This document shows, one piece after another, positions 61,744-64,000 of a DNA stretch of 64,000 nucleotides. Source of the stretch: Callorhinchus milii (Eukaryota); assembly GCF_018977255.1 (NCBI RefSeq), contig NW_024704743.1, positions 5,148,001 to 5,212,000 on the forward strand. The letters run 5' to 3'. The notes under the pieces were generated by a model. That model did not search any database. It was given only the letters and a program-made list of their open reading frames with translations, and had not been told where the DNA came from. Numbering within the stretch: position 1 is the first letter of the stretch; each line of letters opens with the position of its first letter. A program made the position numbers and the translations under genes.

Positions 61744-61789
61744 ATGGAGGAGAGAGCGGCGCTGGAGAGGCAGATCCGCCTGTTGAGCA
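61744..61789 (+). CDS. ZC3H3: ZC3H3 first coding exon (MEERAALERQIRLLS); gene continues beyond the window
   Basis: Perfect Kozak gccgccATGG in a CpG island, GTGAGT donor at 61790; matches recalled human ZC3H3 N-terminus MEEKEILRRQIRLLQ; RHPN1-ZC3H3 linkage is known from human 8q24.3. Confidence 0.85.
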
Positions 61790-62237
61790 GTGAGTGCGGG
61801 CGGGAGGGCCTCCCAGGGCTCGGTGACGGGGGGAACTCAGGCAGTCAGTCAGTGAGTGAGTGAGAGAGAGAGAGAGAGAGAGAGTGGGGGGAGGGGTGTC
61901 AAGGCAATGTTGTCGTTGTTGTTGTTGTTGTTGTTGGTCAGAAGGAGAATAGTCCTGACACTAATCCTATAATAATGATAATATTAATAATAATCGTACT
62001 CCCGGACCCGGCGCCTGCCCGCCTCGTCCCCGTGAAGCGCTCCCGAGACGCCGCCCGACGTGGGGGGCTGCTCCGTCAATCCGAGTCGTCGTCGTCGTCT
62101 CGAAGCAGCTCGGAGCAGACGACGACGACGACGACAGGGTGGCGACCGCGCTGAGATGTGAACTGCTGCCCACCGTCCAGCGCCCTCGGGACGTCCTCCC
62201 GACGCGAGAGGCGCTGTACCAGTGTCATCTTGTGGCG

Positions 62238-62311
62238 GCTGCTGCTGTTGTTGTTGTTGCGGCGGCTGTTGTTGTTGTTGCTGCTGCTGCTGTTGCTGCT
62301 GTTGTTGTTGT

Positions 62312-62346
<35 letters not shown>

Positions 62347-62360
62347 TTGTTGTTGTTGCG

Positions 62361-62400
<40 letters not shown>

Positions 62401-62403
62401 TTG

Positions 62404-62476
<73 letters not shown>

Positions 62477-62506
62477 TGTTGTTGTTGTTGTTGCGGCTGC
62501 TGCTGT

Positions 62507-62538
<32 letters not shown>

Positions 62539-62585
62539 TTGTTGCTGCTGCTGCTGCTGCTGCTGTTGCTGCTGCTGTTGTTGCT

Positions 62586-62617
<32 letters not shown>

Positions 62618-62635
62618 TGTTGTTGTTGTTGTTGT

Positions 62636-62667
<32 letters not shown>

Positions 62668-62668
62668 T
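62238..62668. repeat. Compound (CTG)/(TTG) trinucleotide repeat, ~430 bp
   Basis: Direct inspection; lies in ZC3H3 intron 1. Confidence 0.97.
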
Positions 62669-62669
62669 G

Positions 62670-62994
62670 CGTGGCGCGGGCCTGACGGGGCGGCCGATTG
62701 CGCCCGGCAGCCCCTCCCGCAGACGGGGCGTGGGTTGAGGCGACCGGAATTATTACGGCCTTTTGGAGGACGGGTTTTTCTTTCTGAAAAGAGGGGTTGC
62801 GTTCCCTCCGCAAAAGCCGTCCGCCACTCTCAACTCACGGCCCGGGGTTCCTACTCGCCGAGAGGGAACCGGAGGCGCGCGGAGTAAGGACACTTACCCA
62901 AGGTTTCTCCCCCCACCCCCACCCCGGTCCGGGAATCGAACCCGGGTCTCTCGCTTGCGAGGCGAGCGCTCTAACCGATCAGCCACAGGACTCC
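62670..62994 (-). mobile_element. tRNA(Ala)-derived SINE, GC-shifted copy
   Basis: Head (gggaatcgaacccgggtctctcgcttgcgaggcgagcgctctaacc..caggactcc) is recognisable; body has many AT>GC changes. Confidence 0.8.
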
Positions 62995-63037
62995 ACACTT
63001 GGTATTGTGCCGAGCAGTTTGTCTGTTGTTTTGGTTA

Positions 63038-63534
63038 CCCATCACCGTGATCTTCCGGGTGTCTGACACGCAGAAACCCATCACCGTGATCTTCCGGGTG
63101 TCTGACACTCAGAAACCCATCACCGTGATCTTCCGGGTGTCTGACACTCAGAAACCCATCACCGTGATCTTCCGGGTGTCTGACACTCAGAAACCCATCA
63201 CCGTGATCTTCTGGGTGTCTGACACTCAGAAACCCATCACCGTGATCTTCCGGGTGTCTGACACTCAGAAACCCATCACCGTGATCAGCCGGTGTCTGAC
63301 ACTCAGAAACCCATCACCGTGATCTTCCGGGTGTCTGACACTCAGAAACCCATCACCGTGATCAGCCGGTGTCTGACACTCAGAAACCCATCACCGTGAT
63401 CAGCCGGTGTCTGACACTCAGAAACCCATCACCGTGATCAGCCGGTGTCTGACACTCAGAAACCCATCACCGTGATCAGCCGGTGTCTGACACTCAGAAA
63501 CCCATCACCGTGATCAGCCGGTGTCTGACACTCA
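63038..63534. repeat. 38/39-bp minisatellite, 13 units (CCCATCACCGTGATCTTCCGGGTGTCTGACACTCAGAAA)
   Basis: Units start at 63038, 63077, 63116, 63155, 63194, 63233, 63272, 63310, 63349, 63387, 63425, 63463, 63501. Confidence 0.97.
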
Positions 63535-63862
63535 AGGAAATCCATCTTTTAAGAATCTTCAAACCAGACTGAGAGTTCCATACATCACAACTACAGGTGG
63601 AAAATCTCGAGATATTTACTGGAATGGATTGCCAGAAGGACACGTCCAGTTTAGTGAATTCCAGTGAATATTAGGCGCAAATGCCAATGCTTGAATGTGT
63701 GTTGGGGTAAATGCTGGAGTCTAAGCAGCTAAGACCACATAGCTTGCCGTCGATATTGCTGTTGTCACTGCTTGGACCATCTTACCTGTTAGGGCTTCGA
63801 CTTGCAGGGTTAACAACAGGTGAGTGGGAGGATTCCCTGCCCCCAGTGACTGGTCTGATCCT

Positions 63863-64000
63863 CTAATAATAATAATAATAATAATCCTTGCATTTGATAT
63901 AGCGCTTTTCACGTCGGGAGGACGTCCCAAAGCGCTTCACAGAATATACTGTAAAGTGAATTGACTGTATATTTGTGGGCGAACGCGGCAGCCAATTGCG
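63863..64000 (-). mobile_element. 3' end of a SINE, truncated by the window edge
   Basis: (AAT)n-ccttgcatttgatatagcgcttttcacgtcgggaggacgtccc. Confidence 0.85.

Noticed and set aside
62076..62887. Poly-Leu, poly-Cys, poly-Ala/Val and poly-Ser/Asn ORFs
   Set aside because: Trinucleotide repeat in an intron, with no coding evidence.
63038..63534. CRISPR-like array of 38-39-bp units
   Set aside because: The units are contiguous with no unique spacers, there are no cas genes, and the context is a vertebrate intron; it is a minisatellite.

Overview
Vertebrate genomic DNA. The repeat content (Ala-tRNA-headed SINEs with Deu/L2-type tails, plus CR1, L2 and RTE LINE debris) suggests a cartilaginous fish, possibly a holocephalan; that is an inference. 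There are three split genes on the + strand, reconstructed by hand from splice sites and phases. (1) A TEX14-like ankyrin-repeat/pseudokinase gene: 12 exons, 3520-21266, with in-frame TGA codons in exons 4 and 5 and no visible C-terminal half. (2) A rhophilin-1 gene (HR1-BRO1-PDZ): 14 intact exons, 25293-45217, 641 aa, but no clear ATG-containing first exon. (3) The CpG-island promoter and first coding exon of ZC3H3 (61744-61789). The most striking feature is the 3'-truncated TEX14-like gene sitting 4 kb upstream of a headless RHPN1 with phase-compatible splice sites. This is either a chimeric ankyrin-pseudokinase-rhophilin, a nested arrangement, or an assembly mis-join. Other points: a retroviral-type integrase split by a ~5-kb (GT)-type satellite next to an LTR-like remnant, a MITE with 17-bp TIRs and a TGA TSD, strong AT-to-GC skew in repeats around the ZC3H3 promoter, a 21-bp perfect hairpin, and several minisatellites. 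Most long ORFs in the supplied track are repeat artefacts. Gene calls rest on recalled protein sequences; no database search was run.
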